Origin: an uncultured Alphaproteobacteria bacterium
Lineage (GTDB): Bacteria > Pseudomonadota > Alphaproteobacteria > RF32 > CAG-239
Length of the DNA stretch: 64,000 nucleotides
Direction: 5' to 3'
NCBI GenBank assembly: GCA_904501925.1
Contig: CAJGCO010000005.1
Location: forward strand, 16,219 to 80,218
Shown here: positions 8,530 to 18,397 of the stretch, piece by piece
Layout: the number at the start of each line of letters is the position of its first letter
Position numbering within the stretch: position 1 is the stretch's first letter
The notes under the pieces: model-generated
Databases searched by the model: none
Told to the model about the DNA's origin: nothing
Seen by the model: only the letters and a program-made list of their open reading frames with translations
Position numbers and translations under genes: made by a program

Positions 8530-10590
8530 TTAGAATTTTAGTTCTTTGAGAAGATAATCTATTTGTGAGAAAATCTTAACATTTTGATATTTGTTTTCAA
8601 GTCCATAAGCATAGATATAAGGAACTTTGGATGTGAAATCTTTTAATGAAGATTGAAGTTCAGTATTTTTTTGTAAATATGTTTTATGATCTTGAGTTTC
8701 TTTAATCTTATTTCTTAATAAGCCGTTTCTTTTAGAAAATAATTGGTAGTATTTTATAATTGTTATTAAGCTTGTAATTGTAATGATAGCATATAGTTTT
8801 GATGTGTAAATGCTTAACCATAATGCAATTACAAATATAGATAATACGCTAATTATTTTAGTAAGAATATTTAGCCATTTTTTCTTAAAGTTTACAAAGT
8901 ATAAAAGTATATAAGGTGTAATTAATGTTGAGCATACAAGAATTACTAAAAATGTATGTTTAGGATTGATAGATATTTGGGAGCTACCAATAAATCCAAA
9001 AATAAGCATTGAGAGGCTAAATAATATATATGGGAGGTTAAATCTTAGTTTTAATAAGATATAACGAGTTAAATTGTCTTTATGTATATAATTGTAGGCT
9101 CTTTTTAGTTTTAATAAAGATGCTTTTGATGATGAAAAAGTTGTTTCTGATGAAGGAAATAATATTTTTAATAGATTTTTTTCTTGAGATGATAATTTAC
9201 TTATATCATCAGTTTTTTTTGCAGCTATTACTTCATCATCTTTATTTATAATATCAATTATATTTTTTGAATATAAATTTAATATTTCAGCACCAAGTGA
9301 ATGTTTATCTTGGTTGTTTATGTTTAATAAGCGACAAAAAGATGGTGTTTTAGTAATTTTTACGTTTGTTTTATCTTGGTTTTTATATACTTGTTGTAGT
9401 GATATTTTATAGGCAAGAAATATTGCTATAAGTGCAAGTAAGCCAAATATTTCTATACCAAAATCTTGAATTATATATAAAAATCTTTTGGTTAATGAAG
9501 GGGGGATAATTGTGTTTTTATCTAGAGTTAATAGTAAGTGTATGTCTTCACCAACACCTAGTGCTTGAGTGTCTGCAAAACCGATTGATCTATCATCTAG
9601 AAATGTCATTGTTACACGATTATCGTTAAAACCATCTTGGGTAGATGCTATTACGTTTTGACCTAAGAATTGATTGCCATTAGGAATGGTTACAACAGCA
9701 TTAGCTGAGCCAATTACATTTTTAATGGTTTTACCGGTTATATCCCAATAAAATTCATCAAATTTATCGTAGTTCCAAATAGTTCTATCTATGATGTATT
9801 CAAAGCGATAAGTGTAAATTCCTGTTGGAAGATTTATTGGAGTTTTAGGTTCGATATGTAAATGGTTTCCTATTTCTGTTACTTTGTATTGATATTCTTT
9901 ATCGTTGATTGTAACTTTATCTAAAGTAAAGTCTAAGCGACGTTTTTTATTTGCTCTAGAATATGTGTATTTAGGTAAAATTCTGAAAAAACCATAAGGG
10001 AAACCTTCATTGTTTGAAATGAATATAAATTCTTCGGTTACTCTGATTAGTCCGATACTTTCAATGTTTATTGTGGTAAGTAAATATGCGATATGTTCTT
10101 CGGCAGGTGCTAGAATTTCTTTGGTATCTGAAAGTTTTACTGTAACATATGGGAAATCTGGTATAAATTTTTTAGGTTCTTGAATTACTTCGCGATAGAA
10201 TTTTCCTTGTATTTCTAAATCGTTATTTATTGTGTCAGTTTTTTTGGCTTTTTTCATATTTTCTTGATAGATTTTATCATAGGCAGATATTGTTTTTTTG
10301 TTTTTTTCTTCATTTTCTACAATACTTGTGGAGCCAGGATTGCCTAATTCGTCGCTTTTAATATTAGCTTTTGTTACTTTTTCTAAGCGTTTTATTAGGT
10401 ATTTTTTTAGAGCCTCTTTATCGTTTATGTCTGGAATTTCTTTGTATAAATTTATTAAATCTTGTTCACGTTTTTGTGGTGATATAAGAGGTTTGCTTCT
10501 GGGTGATGCTATGCTATCAACGCTTGAGTTTGCATGATGAGGAGTTACTAGAGTTGTAAATAAAAATATGTATGTAAAAAACTTCTTCAT
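8530..10590 (-). CDS. Large membrane protein (DUF2207-like topology: signal peptide, extracytoplasmic N-domain, multiple TM helices in the C-terminal half), first gene of the rfb operon
   Basis: Signal peptide MKKFFTYIFLFTTLVTPHHANS and several hydrophobic helices after residue ~375. The family call is tentative. Confidence 0.5.
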   Translation of the reverse strand: MKKFFTYIFLFTTLVTPHHANSSVDSIASPRSKPLISPQKREQDLINLYKEIPDINDKEALKKYLIKRLEKVTKANIKSDELGNPGSTSIVENEEKNKKTISAYDKIYQENMKKAKKTDTINNDLEIQGKFYREVIQEPKKFIPDFPYVTVKLSDTKEILAPAEEHIAYLLTTINIESIGLIRVTEEFIFISNNEGFPYGFFRILPKYTYSRANKKRRLDFTLDKVTINDKEYQYKVTEIGNHLHIEPKTPINLPTGIYTYRFEYIIDRTIWNYDKFDEFYWDITGKTIKNVIGSANAVVTIPNGNQFLGQNVIASTQDGFNDNRVTMTFLDDRSIGFADTQALGVGEDIHLLLTLDKNTIIPPSLTKRFLYIIQDFGIEIFGLLALIAIFLAYKISLQQVYKNQDKTNVKITKTPSFCRLLNINNQDKHSLGAEILNLYSKNIIDIINKDDEVIAAKKTDDISKLSSQEKNLLKILFPSSETTFSSSKASLLKLKRAYNYIHKDNLTRYILLKLRFNLPYILFSLSMLIFGFIGSSQISINPKHTFLVILVCSTLITPYILLYFVNFKKKWLNILTKIISVLSIFVIALWLSIYTSKLYAIITITSLITIIKYYQLFSKRNGLLRNKIKETQDHKTYLQKNTELQSSLKDFTSKVPYIYAYGLENKYQNVKIFSQIDYLLKELKF

Positions 10591-10692
10591 ATCTTTTCCT
10601 TCTTGGTTGCATAGAACGATAAATTGCTATAAAAAATTATTATATTTCGTAATTATAGTGATAATAAGTTAATTTTTTTAAAAGAGGAAGAT

Positions 10693-11421
10693 ATGATTAA
10701 TAAAAATATTTCTGCGATTATTTTAGGAGCCGGAAAAGGTACTAGAATGCAATCTTCGTTGCCTAAGGTTATGATGGAGGTTTGTGGAAAACCTATGATT
10801 AGGCATATTGTTGATACGTTAGAAAAAATGAATGTGAAAGAAATTGTTACGGTTATTTCAAGTGATGGTGAGTTGGTTAAAAAAGAGACTTATCCTCATA
10901 AGTGCGCTGTACAATTTGAACAATTAGGAACAGGGCATGCTGTAAGATGCGCAAAAGATGAATTGAAAAATATTGAAGGTCCTGTTTTGGTTATTTTTGG
11001 TGATACACCTTTAATTAGTGAAAATACATTTGTTAAGATTGCTGATAAAATCAATGAGGGGTTTGGGGTGGTTGTTCTTGGTTTTAGACCTGAAGATCCT
11101 GCGAGATATGGTAGATTGAAAATGGAAGATGGCGAACTTAAATCTATTGTTGAATTTAAAGATGCTAATGAAGATGAGTTGAAGATAAACTTTTGTAACT
11201 CTGGTTGCATGGGATTTGATGGAAAATATTTGTTTGAGATATTAGATAGAATAGATAATAATAATATGGCAAAGGAATACTATCTTACTGATGCAGTGAA
11301 GATTGCTCGTGATATGGGGTTAAAATGCTCTGCAATTGAAGGTGATGTAGAAGAAGTAGCTAGTGCAAATACTAGGGAAGAGCTTGCGATATTAGAAGAG
11401 TATTATAATAAAAGAAAGTAG
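10693..11421 (+). CDS. Sugar-1-phosphate nucleotidyltransferase resembling the N-terminal uridylyltransferase domain of GlmU only (242 aa, no LbH acetyltransferase domain)
   Basis: ILGAGKGTRMQSSLPKV and QLGTGHAV motifs, as in the GlmU N-domain. The ORF ends at 242 aa, so the C-terminal hexapeptide-repeat half is absent. Confidence 0.65.
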   Translation: MINKNISAIILGAGKGTRMQSSLPKVMMEVCGKPMIRHIVDTLEKMNVKEIVTVISSDGELVKKETYPHKCAVQFEQLGTGHAVRCAKDELKNIEGPVLVIFGDTPLISENTFVKIADKINEGFGVVVLGFRPEDPARYGRLKMEDGELKSIVEFKDANEDELKINFCNSGCMGFDGKYLFEILDRIDNNNMAKEYYLTDAVKIARDMGLKCSAIEGDVEEVASANTREELAILEEYYNKRK

Positions 11422-11427
11422 TAAGGT

Positions 11428-11814
11428 ATGAAATATTTTACAGGTTTGTTGAGTTTTATTTTTTTATTAGTTGTTGGTAGTATAACTTTAATTTCTATTG
11501 CTCCACATAATGATGCAAAAATGAGAGGGTTTACTCCTTGTACGTATGAGATGGGGGTAAAACTTAGTGATCCTAGGATGAATGTAGGATTAATGTATGC
11601 TTTTAGAGTAGTAATGCAAAGTTATGTATGTTATGGCAAAGTTATTAAAGACGGGGTGCAATTATGGCTAAATGGAGAAATAGAAAAGCCTTGGGATAAT
11701 TATTTGTTTGAGCCAGAAATTTGGGAAGTTCCATCTGAGCTAGAAGAACCATTTAGTGATGATTTATTAAGAGCTAATAAATTAGATAGTGATGGTGAAG
11801 TTTTTCAATTTTAA
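11428..11814 (+). CDS. Hypothetical membrane-anchored or secreted protein
   Basis: N-terminal hydrophobic segment; the gene is tightly packed between the GlmU-like gene and pepF. Confidence 0.4.
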   Translation: MKYFTGLLSFIFLLVVGSITLISIAPHNDAKMRGFTPCTYEMGVKLSDPRMNVGLMYAFRVVMQSYVCYGKVIKDGVQLWLNGEIEKPWDNYLFEPEIWEVPSELEEPFSDDLLRANKLDSDGEVFQF

Positions 11815-11831
11815 TATTGTGAGGTGAAGAG

Positions 11832-13604
11832 ATGAAAGAGGAAAAATTACCTGTATGGGATTTGAGCGAGTTTTATGAAAGTGTTGATGATGTAAATATT
11901 GATAAAGATTTACAAGCTTATGAAAAAAAAGCAAAAAACTTTTGTAAAAAATACAAAGGTAGAGTTAAAGATTTAACTATTGATGAATATTTAAGTGCTT
12001 TTAAGGACTTGGAAAGCTTAAAGAGAATCGCAGGAAAACTTGGTGGTTTTGCTCATCTTAATGCAACAACAAATATGTTGGATACAAAAGCAACTGCGTT
12101 GTATCAAAAGGTTGAAGAAAAACTTAGTGAAGCTGGAACAAATTTGGTGTTTTGGAGTTTGGAATATAATAAACTTAGTGAAAAAAAACAAGATGAGTTA
12201 CTTAAAAAAATCCCACAATATGCGCCATATTTAAAAAGAATGAAAAAATATAAAAAGTATGAACTATCAGAGGAAGTTGAGCAAATTTTATTGCAAAAAG
12301 ATATTACTTCTGGTTCTGCATGGGTGAGATTTTATGAAGAAAGTATGTCTAGGCTTGAATACGAAGTTGATGGTAAGAAATATAATGATGCTGAGATTTC
12401 TAAGTTATGTACATCCAAAGATGAAGAGACTAGACTGAAGGCCGGTAGAGAATTAAATAAGGTTACTAGAGATAATGCATATATGATTTCTTATTGTTAC
12501 AATATGATTATGAAAGATAAGGCTATTGATGATGAGAAGAGAGGGTTTGAAACTCCTATATCTGCTAGAAATTTGGCTGAAGAAGTTAGCGATGAAACAG
12601 TTAATTGTTTGGCTGATACTGTTAAGGAAAATTATAAAAATATAGCGTGGAGATTTTATAAAATAAAAGCCCATCTTATGGGAAAAGAGAAAATTCATTA
12701 TTGGGATAGAAACGCTCCATTGAATATTGAAGATGACAGAGAGTATAGCTGGAAAGAAAGTGTAGATATGGTTTTGAATGCGTATAAGGAATTTTCGCCA
12801 AAACTATACAAGATTGCAAAAGATTTTTTTGAAAATGATTGGATTGATGTGGCGCCTAAAAAAGGAAAAAGAAGTGGTGCTTTTTGTTCATCTCCTTTGG
12901 TTAAAGGACATCCTTTTTTGATGTTAAATTTTGTTGGGCAAAAAAGAGATGTATTAACTCTGGCTCATGAATTAGGTCATGGTTGTCATCATCAGCTAAG
13001 ACGTAATAATGGTGAGTTAAATGAACGTACTCGTATGACAACTGAAGAGGTTGCTAGTGTGTTTGGTGAGATGTTGGTTTTCCAATCAATGTTAAAAAAA
13101 GCTGTAAGTGAAAATGAAAAGATTGCATTATTGGTTATGAAAATTAACGATATGATTAATACAGCGATACGTCAGATTGCATTTCACTTTTTTGAAAAAA
13201 GAGCTCATGATGAAAGAAAAATGGGAGAAGTGTCTCATGAGAGATTGTCTCAAATTTGGATGGAAGAAATGAAAGAAAGTCTTGGTCCTGATGTGGTTGT
13301 TGACGATAGTGTTGACTATATTTGGGGTGGAATTGGACACTTTTTCTTCTTGCCGTTTTATGTTTATGCATATTCTTTTGCTGATTGTGTTGTCAACTCT
13401 TTGTATTGGTTAAAGATGCAAAACAAAATTGAGAATTTTGAAGACAAGTATTTAGAGTTATTATCAAAGACTGCTATTGGTGATTATGATGATATATTTA
13501 AGGAATTTGGCGTAAATCCTAAAGATAAGGATTTTTGGCAAGGTGGACTTAATTTGATTGATTATTATTTAAATGAGTTAGAGAAGCTTGTTTATAATAA
13601 ATAA
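11832..13604 (+). CDS. pepF: Oligoendopeptidase F (M3B family)
   Basis: HELGHGCHH zinc-binding HExxH motif; 590 aa, typical of PepF. Confidence 0.85.
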   Translation: MKEEKLPVWDLSEFYESVDDVNIDKDLQAYEKKAKNFCKKYKGRVKDLTIDEYLSAFKDLESLKRIAGKLGGFAHLNATTNMLDTKATALYQKVEEKLSEAGTNLVFWSLEYNKLSEKKQDELLKKIPQYAPYLKRMKKYKKYELSEEVEQILLQKDITSGSAWVRFYEESMSRLEYEVDGKKYNDAEISKLCTSKDEETRLKAGRELNKVTRDNAYMISYCYNMIMKDKAIDDEKRGFETPISARNLAEEVSDETVNCLADTVKENYKNIAWRFYKIKAHLMGKEKIHYWDRNAPLNIEDDREYSWKESVDMVLNAYKEFSPKLYKIAKDFFENDWIDVAPKKGKRSGAFCSSPLVKGHPFLMLNFVGQKRDVLTLAHELGHGCHHQLRRNNGELNERTRMTTEEVASVFGEMLVFQSMLKKAVSENEKIALLVMKINDMINTAIRQIAFHFFEKRAHDERKMGEVSHERLSQIWMEEMKESLGPDVVVDDSVDYIWGGIGHFFFLPFYVYAYSFADCVVNSLYWLKMQNKIENFEDKYLELLSKTAIGDYDDIFKEFGVNPKDKDFWQGGLNLIDYYLNELEKLVYNK

Positions 13605-13612
13605 TCGAGATA

Positions 13613-13648
13613 AAAAATAGCCTCTCAAATGAGAGGCTATTTTTTTGT
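13613..13648 (+). terminator. Rho-independent terminator after pepF
   Basis: Hairpin atagcctctca aat gagaggctat followed by a T-run. Confidence 0.8.
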
Positions 13649-13664
13649 GTGGGAGTTATAAGGT

Positions 13665-14507
13665 TTAGAAAATATCTAAACTTTTACGAACCTCATCAAA
13701 TTGTTTTAATGTAGATAAAACAGATTTCATATCAGCAAGAGCTATTGTGTTTGGACCATCTGATAAAGCTTTATCTGGATTTTCGTGAGTTTCGATAAAC
13801 ACAGCTGCAACACCAACAGCAACAGCTGCACGAGCTAAAACTGGAGCGAATTCTCTTTGTCCACCAGAGCTTCCCCCCATACCACCAGGTTGTTGTACAG
13901 AGTGTGTTGCATCAAAAATGATAGGGCAACCAGTATCATGAGCCATTCTAGGTAAACCACGCATATCTGTAACAAGAGTGTTATAACCAAAACTTGTACC
14001 ACGCTCTGTTAAACAAACATTTGAATTACCTGATTCATCGCATTTTGTAACTAGATTTTTTGCTTCCCATGGAGCTAAAAATTGTCCTTTTTTGATGTTT
14101 ACAACTTTATTTGTTTGAGCTGCAGCAACAACTAAGTCTGTTTGACGGCAAAGAAAGGCAGGGATTTGTAGCATATCAACATGTTGAGCTACAATAGCGC
14201 ATTGTTCTTTTTCGTGAACGTCTGTAACGATTGGTACGTTGTTATATAATTTTTTTATTTCATCAAAGGTGCGTAAGCCTTCTTCAATACCTACACCACG
14301 AGCACCATTGATAGAGGTACGATTGGCTTTATCAAAAGAGGCTTTGAAGATATATGGGATATTAAGTTCTTTGGTGATTTCAATCATTGCGCCTGCGATA
14401 TCAATAGCATGTTGGCGACTTTCTATTTGACAAGGTCCACATAATAACCCAAATGGTAGGTCATTACTAAGGTTTACTCCATTTACATTAACAATTCTTT
14501 GTTTCAT
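13665..14507 (-). CDS. kdsA: 2-dehydro-3-deoxyphosphooctonate aldolase (KDO-8-P synthase)
   Basis: N-terminus NVNGVNLSNDLPFGLLCGPCQIES and a length typical of KdsA. Confidence 0.9.
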   Translation of the reverse strand: MKQRIVNVNGVNLSNDLPFGLLCGPCQIESRQHAIDIAGAMIEITKELNIPYIFKASFDKANRTSINGARGVGIEEGLRTFDEIKKLYNNVPIVTDVHEKEQCAIVAQHVDMLQIPAFLCRQTDLVVAAAQTNKVVNIKKGQFLAPWEAKNLVTKCDESGNSNVCLTERGTSFGYNTLVTDMRGLPRMAHDTGCPIIFDATHSVQQPGGMGGSSGGQREFAPVLARAAVAVGVAAVFIETHENPDKALSDGPNTIALADMKSVLSTLKQFDEVRKSLDIF

Positions 14508-14590
14508 TGTAATCTCCTTAAGTTTTACATATTAGTGAGGATATGTGGTGTTTTTGAATATGTCAATACAATTAGTTTTATTCTTGGAGT

Positions 14591-15682
14591 TTATTCTATG
14601 TAATTTTTAATAAAACGAGTATTTTTACCAATGTTAGATATTACTTCATAAGCGATTGTATCTGAAGCATGAGCAATATCATCTAATGTATAATCATTGT
14701 TTATGATATAGGCAAAATCACCACATTGTAGATTATTAATGCAACTTATATCACAAATTATGTTATCCATGGATACGCGACCAATTATTGGGCAAAAGTG
14801 GGGAGTGTTGTTCGAATCGTAAATAACTACTTTGCCTCGATTTGAAAGAGAACGAGATATTCCATCACCATAACCGATTGAAACAATAGCTGTTTTTGTT
14901 TCTTTGAGTGCTTTATATGTTGCGCCATAGCCAACGTATTCATCTTTTTTTATGGTTTTAATTTGTAATATAGGGGCTTTAATTTCTATAACGTTTTGCA
15001 TGGTGTTGGTGCGATATGGGGTTGTGTTGATGCCATAAATTGCGGCTCCTAAGCGAACCATGTCAAAGTGATAGTTTGAATTTATAAAAATACCATCAGA
15101 AGCAGAAAGAGTTGCTTTTGTATTAGGGAAAAATTTGTTTTTAATTTGGATGAAATTTTTTAGTTGATATTCGTTCATGAAATGAGCAGGGGCATCTGCG
15201 CAAGATAGGTGAGAAAGCACATATGAAAATGAGTTTAACTCATTTTGGGATAATTTTTCTAATTCATTGATTGTAAATCCTAATCTATTAAGACCTGTTT
15301 CCACTTGAATTATGGGCGAAATTTTTTGATATAAAGGAGTTTGTTTGAAGTATGCGAACATTTCAGGAGAGCATATTACAGGAATTAAATTATGTTCAAT
15401 AAAATATGGAAGGCTATCTTTCCCAATTCCTTGTAAAACATATATGTTGGCATCTTTTAGGTATGGGGCAACTATAGCACCTTCTTTAGCGTGTGCTACA
15501 AAAAAGTCTTTACAACCGGCGTTATATAGGGTTTGTGATATTTTTATTGCGCCTAATCCGTAGGCATCGTCTTTGATTACTGCGCTAGGCGTTGCGTTAG
15601 GGCATAAATTTTTTAGAGTTAAATAATTTTTTGTTATTTTTTTTAGATTGATATTTAGGATAGGTGTGGTATATATAGTCAT
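14591..15682 (-). CDS. alr: Alanine racemase
   Basis: AVIKDDAYGLGA (PLP-lysine motif region) and a length typical of alanine racemase. Confidence 0.85.
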   Translation of the reverse strand: MTIYTTPILNINLKKITKNYLTLKNLCPNATPSAVIKDDAYGLGAIKISQTLYNAGCKDFFVAHAKEGAIVAPYLKDANIYVLQGIGKDSLPYFIEHNLIPVICSPEMFAYFKQTPLYQKISPIIQVETGLNRLGFTINELEKLSQNELNSFSYVLSHLSCADAPAHFMNEYQLKNFIQIKNKFFPNTKATLSASDGIFINSNYHFDMVRLGAAIYGINTTPYRTNTMQNVIEIKAPILQIKTIKKDEYVGYGATYKALKETKTAIVSIGYGDGISRSLSNRGKVVIYDSNNTPHFCPIIGRVSMDNIICDISCINNLQCGDFAYIINNDYTLDDIAHASDTIAYEVISNIGKNTRFIKNYIE

Positions 15683-15714
15683 TATTGTTTATCCAAAAGA
15701 GGTTATTAAATAAG

Positions 15715-16437
15715 ATGCATTTTATTGATACACATATTCATTTGCAAGATTTTAGTGAAGATTTTGCACCTAAAGTCATTGATAATTATAATTTAGAAAA
15801 GATGATATTAGTTTGTGCAAGTCTTGGTGATTTAGAAAAAGTTGAAAGGTTGATTGATAGTAATCCTAATAAGTTTATAGGGGCATTTGGTTTACATCCT
15901 TGGTATTGGGAAGATATTGATAAGGTTGATGAAATTAAGAAGTATTTGATTAAATATAAGAATGCGCTTGTTGGGGAAATTGGGGTAGATAGATTGCGTG
16001 GAGAAGTAAATGATGGGCAAAGAAATTTATTTTATAAGCAACTAGAGATTGCAAAAGAATTTAATAGGCCAGTGATTATTCATGGGGCAAAAGCTTTTGA
16101 AGAATTAAAAGAATTTAGAGAAAAATTAAAAGAAGTTAAATTTGTTCATCATGGATTTGTTAAAGGAATGGATTTGATTGATTTTATTAATGAGTGTGAT
16201 GGGTATATTGGTATTGGGGCATTGTTCTTGAAACAAGAAAAAGCAAATGAAATGATAAAAAAAATGCCGTTAAATAGAATATTATTTGAGACAGATGCGC
16301 CATTTAGAGTTAGTGAAGAAAAATATGATGAAGTTTCAAGAGATAATTTATTATATTTAGCTGAGCTTATGGGGGGAGATAAAGATAAGATGGTTGCGCA
16401 ATTATACCAAAATGCAAAGGAATTTTTGAAATGTTAA
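15715..16437 (+). CDS. TatD-family metal-dependent hydrolase (paralog 1)
   Basis: MHFIDTHIHL start and the TatD fold signature. The ORF track starts 10 codons earlier at 15685. Confidence 0.7.
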   Translation: MHFIDTHIHLQDFSEDFAPKVIDNYNLEKMILVCASLGDLEKVERLIDSNPNKFIGAFGLHPWYWEDIDKVDEIKKYLIKYKNALVGEIGVDRLRGEVNDGQRNLFYKQLEIAKEFNRPVIIHGAKAFEELKEFREKLKEVKFVHHGFVKGMDLIDFINECDGYIGIGALFLKQEKANEMIKKMPLNRILFETDAPFRVSEEKYDEVSRDNLLYLAELMGGDKDKMVAQLYQNAKEFLKC

Positions 16438-17135
16438 GTAATAGATTGATGCGAACGATTGCTTTAATTGGTAAAGACAATGTTGAGAAAATTTGTAATA
16501 CTTCTGTTATGATTATTGGGTGTGGTGCAGTTGGTGGTTATGCTTTAGAGATGATTGCAAGACTTGGTTTTGGTAAGATATTTGTTGTTGATTTTGATGA
16601 ATTTGATGAAAGTAATATTAATAGGCAGATATTAGCATTAAATACAACGTTAGGTAAAAAGAAAGTTGAAGTGGCAAAGCAAAGAGTTTTAGATATAAAT
16701 GGTGATGCAGATGTAATTGTAATTGATAAAAAAGTAAAAGCTGGTGATTTGGATTTTATTTTAGAGTGTAAACCTTGCTTTGTTATTGATGCGATTGATG
16801 ATGTTAAAGCTAAATGTGAATTAATATCTTGGTTGGTTAAGCATGATATTAAATTTGTATCTGCAATGGGGGCTGCTCTAAAAACTAAATCTGAGTTATT
16901 AAAAGTTGATAGATTGGATAAAACAAAGGGGTGTAATTTAGCTAAAAAAATTAGAGATAATTTACGTAAAAATGGAACTGATTTGAAAAAGGTTGAATGC
17001 GTATATTCTGATGAAAATGTTGAAATATGTAAAGACGAAGTTGGAAATAATGTTTTAGGTTCTTTGCCTATGGTGCCAGCTGTGATGGGGATTATGCTTG
17101 CAAATGTAGTTTTGCAAAAATGTATTAAGGAGTAA
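16431..17135 (+). CDS. tcdA: tRNA threonylcarbamoyladenosine dehydratase (ThiF/MoeB-like E1 family)
   Basis: VMIIGCGAVGGYALEMIARLGFGKIFVVDFDEFDESNINRQ nucleotide-binding motif. Confidence 0.8.
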   Translation: MLSNRLMRTIALIGKDNVEKICNTSVMIIGCGAVGGYALEMIARLGFGKIFVVDFDEFDESNINRQILALNTTLGKKKVEVAKQRVLDINGDADVIVIDKKVKAGDLDFILECKPCFVIDAIDDVKAKCELISWLVKHDIKFVSAMGAALKTKSELLKVDRLDKTKGCNLAKKIRDNLRKNGTDLKKVECVYSDENVEICKDEVGNNVLGSLPMVPAVMGIMLANVVLQKCIKE

Positions 17136-17139
17136 CGGA

Positions 17140-17748
17140 ATGAAAATCGTTATTTATTTATTGATGCTGTTGATATGGAATGCATTAAATACTGAGGCTA
17201 AGGAAAATTTTTATACACCAAATGATGTTAAATGTGTTAGTGATGATGAATGTTATATTAAAGCGACTGATAAGTTGTTGTCTGGTGAATTGAGAGTTAT
17301 GGATAAAAAAGGAAAACTTTATAAGTTAGTTTATTACAAAAAAGGTAAACGTAACGGTAAAAATATTGAATATTATGGAGACGGCAAAATAAGATTTATT
17401 GAGATGTATAGTGATGGTGTATTACATGGTGTTTCAAGAGAATTTTATGAAAATGGGAGGTATAAAACTGAGCTTTACTTTAAGAATGGAAAGCGCAATG
17501 GGCGATATAGAGAATATTATGAGAATGGAAAGCTTAAAGAAGATAAAATTTATGTAGATGGGGTGTTAGATGGGCGAGCAAGAATGTTTTACGAAAATGG
17601 AAAAATGGCGATTGATATAGAATATGATAATGATGAATTAGTAAACCTTTATTGTTTGAGTAAAAGAGGTCGACGATATAATATGAGAGCTCAAATAAAA
17701 GATTTTAAAGAACGAGGGCGTGCTGTTTGTGAGAAAATAGCAAATTAA
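17140..17748 (+). CDS. Secreted MORN-repeat protein
   Basis: Signal peptide plus repeated YKKGKRNGKxxEYYxxGK / YENGxxK MORN-like units. Confidence 0.6.
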   Translation: MKIVIYLLMLLIWNALNTEAKENFYTPNDVKCVSDDECYIKATDKLLSGELRVMDKKGKLYKLVYYKKGKRNGKNIEYYGDGKIRFIEMYSDGVLHGVSREFYENGRYKTELYFKNGKRNGRYREYYENGKLKEDKIYVDGVLDGRARMFYENGKMAIDIEYDNDELVNLYCLSKRGRRYNMRAQIKDFKERGRAVCEKIAN

Positions 17749-18392
17749 AGTTCTTTAATCTTTTGATTGAATTTTTCAATAATTTCAAGACTTACTTCAT
17801 CAATGGTTTTGTTGGCATCTATAATACAGAAACGTTGAGGTTCTTTTTTAGCAATTTCTAGATAACCATTACGTAATCTTTCGTGAAACGATATATCAAC
17901 ATTTTCAAAACGTAGTTCTTTTGTTTGTTCGGTTTTGGCTTTATTGAAGCTACGTTCTAAGCCAATTTTAACATCTACGTCTAATAAAAAGGTTATGTCT
18001 GGTTTTTTGCCTTCTGCAACTATTTGGTATAGATTATCCATTAAAGATGTGTCATTAAATTTATTTGATCCATAATATTGGTAGGCAATTGTTGAATCAT
18101 TATAACGATCAGATATAACAGTTTTACCTTCTGATAAGGCAGGAAGAATAACTTTGGTTAAATTTATTCTTCTATCTGCATAAAAAAGTAATAGTTCGGT
18201 TGTTTCATCGATTTTATCTTTGTCGCCTTCAACAAGGATTTTACGAATTTCTTTACCGACTTCTGTAGATCCTGGTTCACGGGTTAAAACAACTTTATGA
18301 TTAAGGGTTTCTAAATATTCTTTGAAACGAAGTATTTGCAAAGATTTTCCGGCGCCATCACCACCTTCAAATGTTATGAATAAAGGTTTCAA
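17745..18392 (-). CDS. tmk: Thymidylate kinase
   Basis: P-loop ITFEGGDGAGKS at the N-terminus; 215 aa. Confidence 0.9.
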   Translation of the reverse strand: MKPLFITFEGGDGAGKSLQILRFKEYLETLNHKVVLTREPGSTEVGKEIRKILVEGDKDKIDETTELLLFYADRRINLTKVILPALSEGKTVISDRYNDSTIAYQYYGSNKFNDTSLMDNLYQIVAEGKKPDITFLLDVDVKIGLERSFNKAKTEQTKELRFENVDISFHERLRNGYLEIAKKEPQRFCIIDANKTIDEVSLEIIEKFNQKIKEL

Positions 18393-18397
18393 AACTA

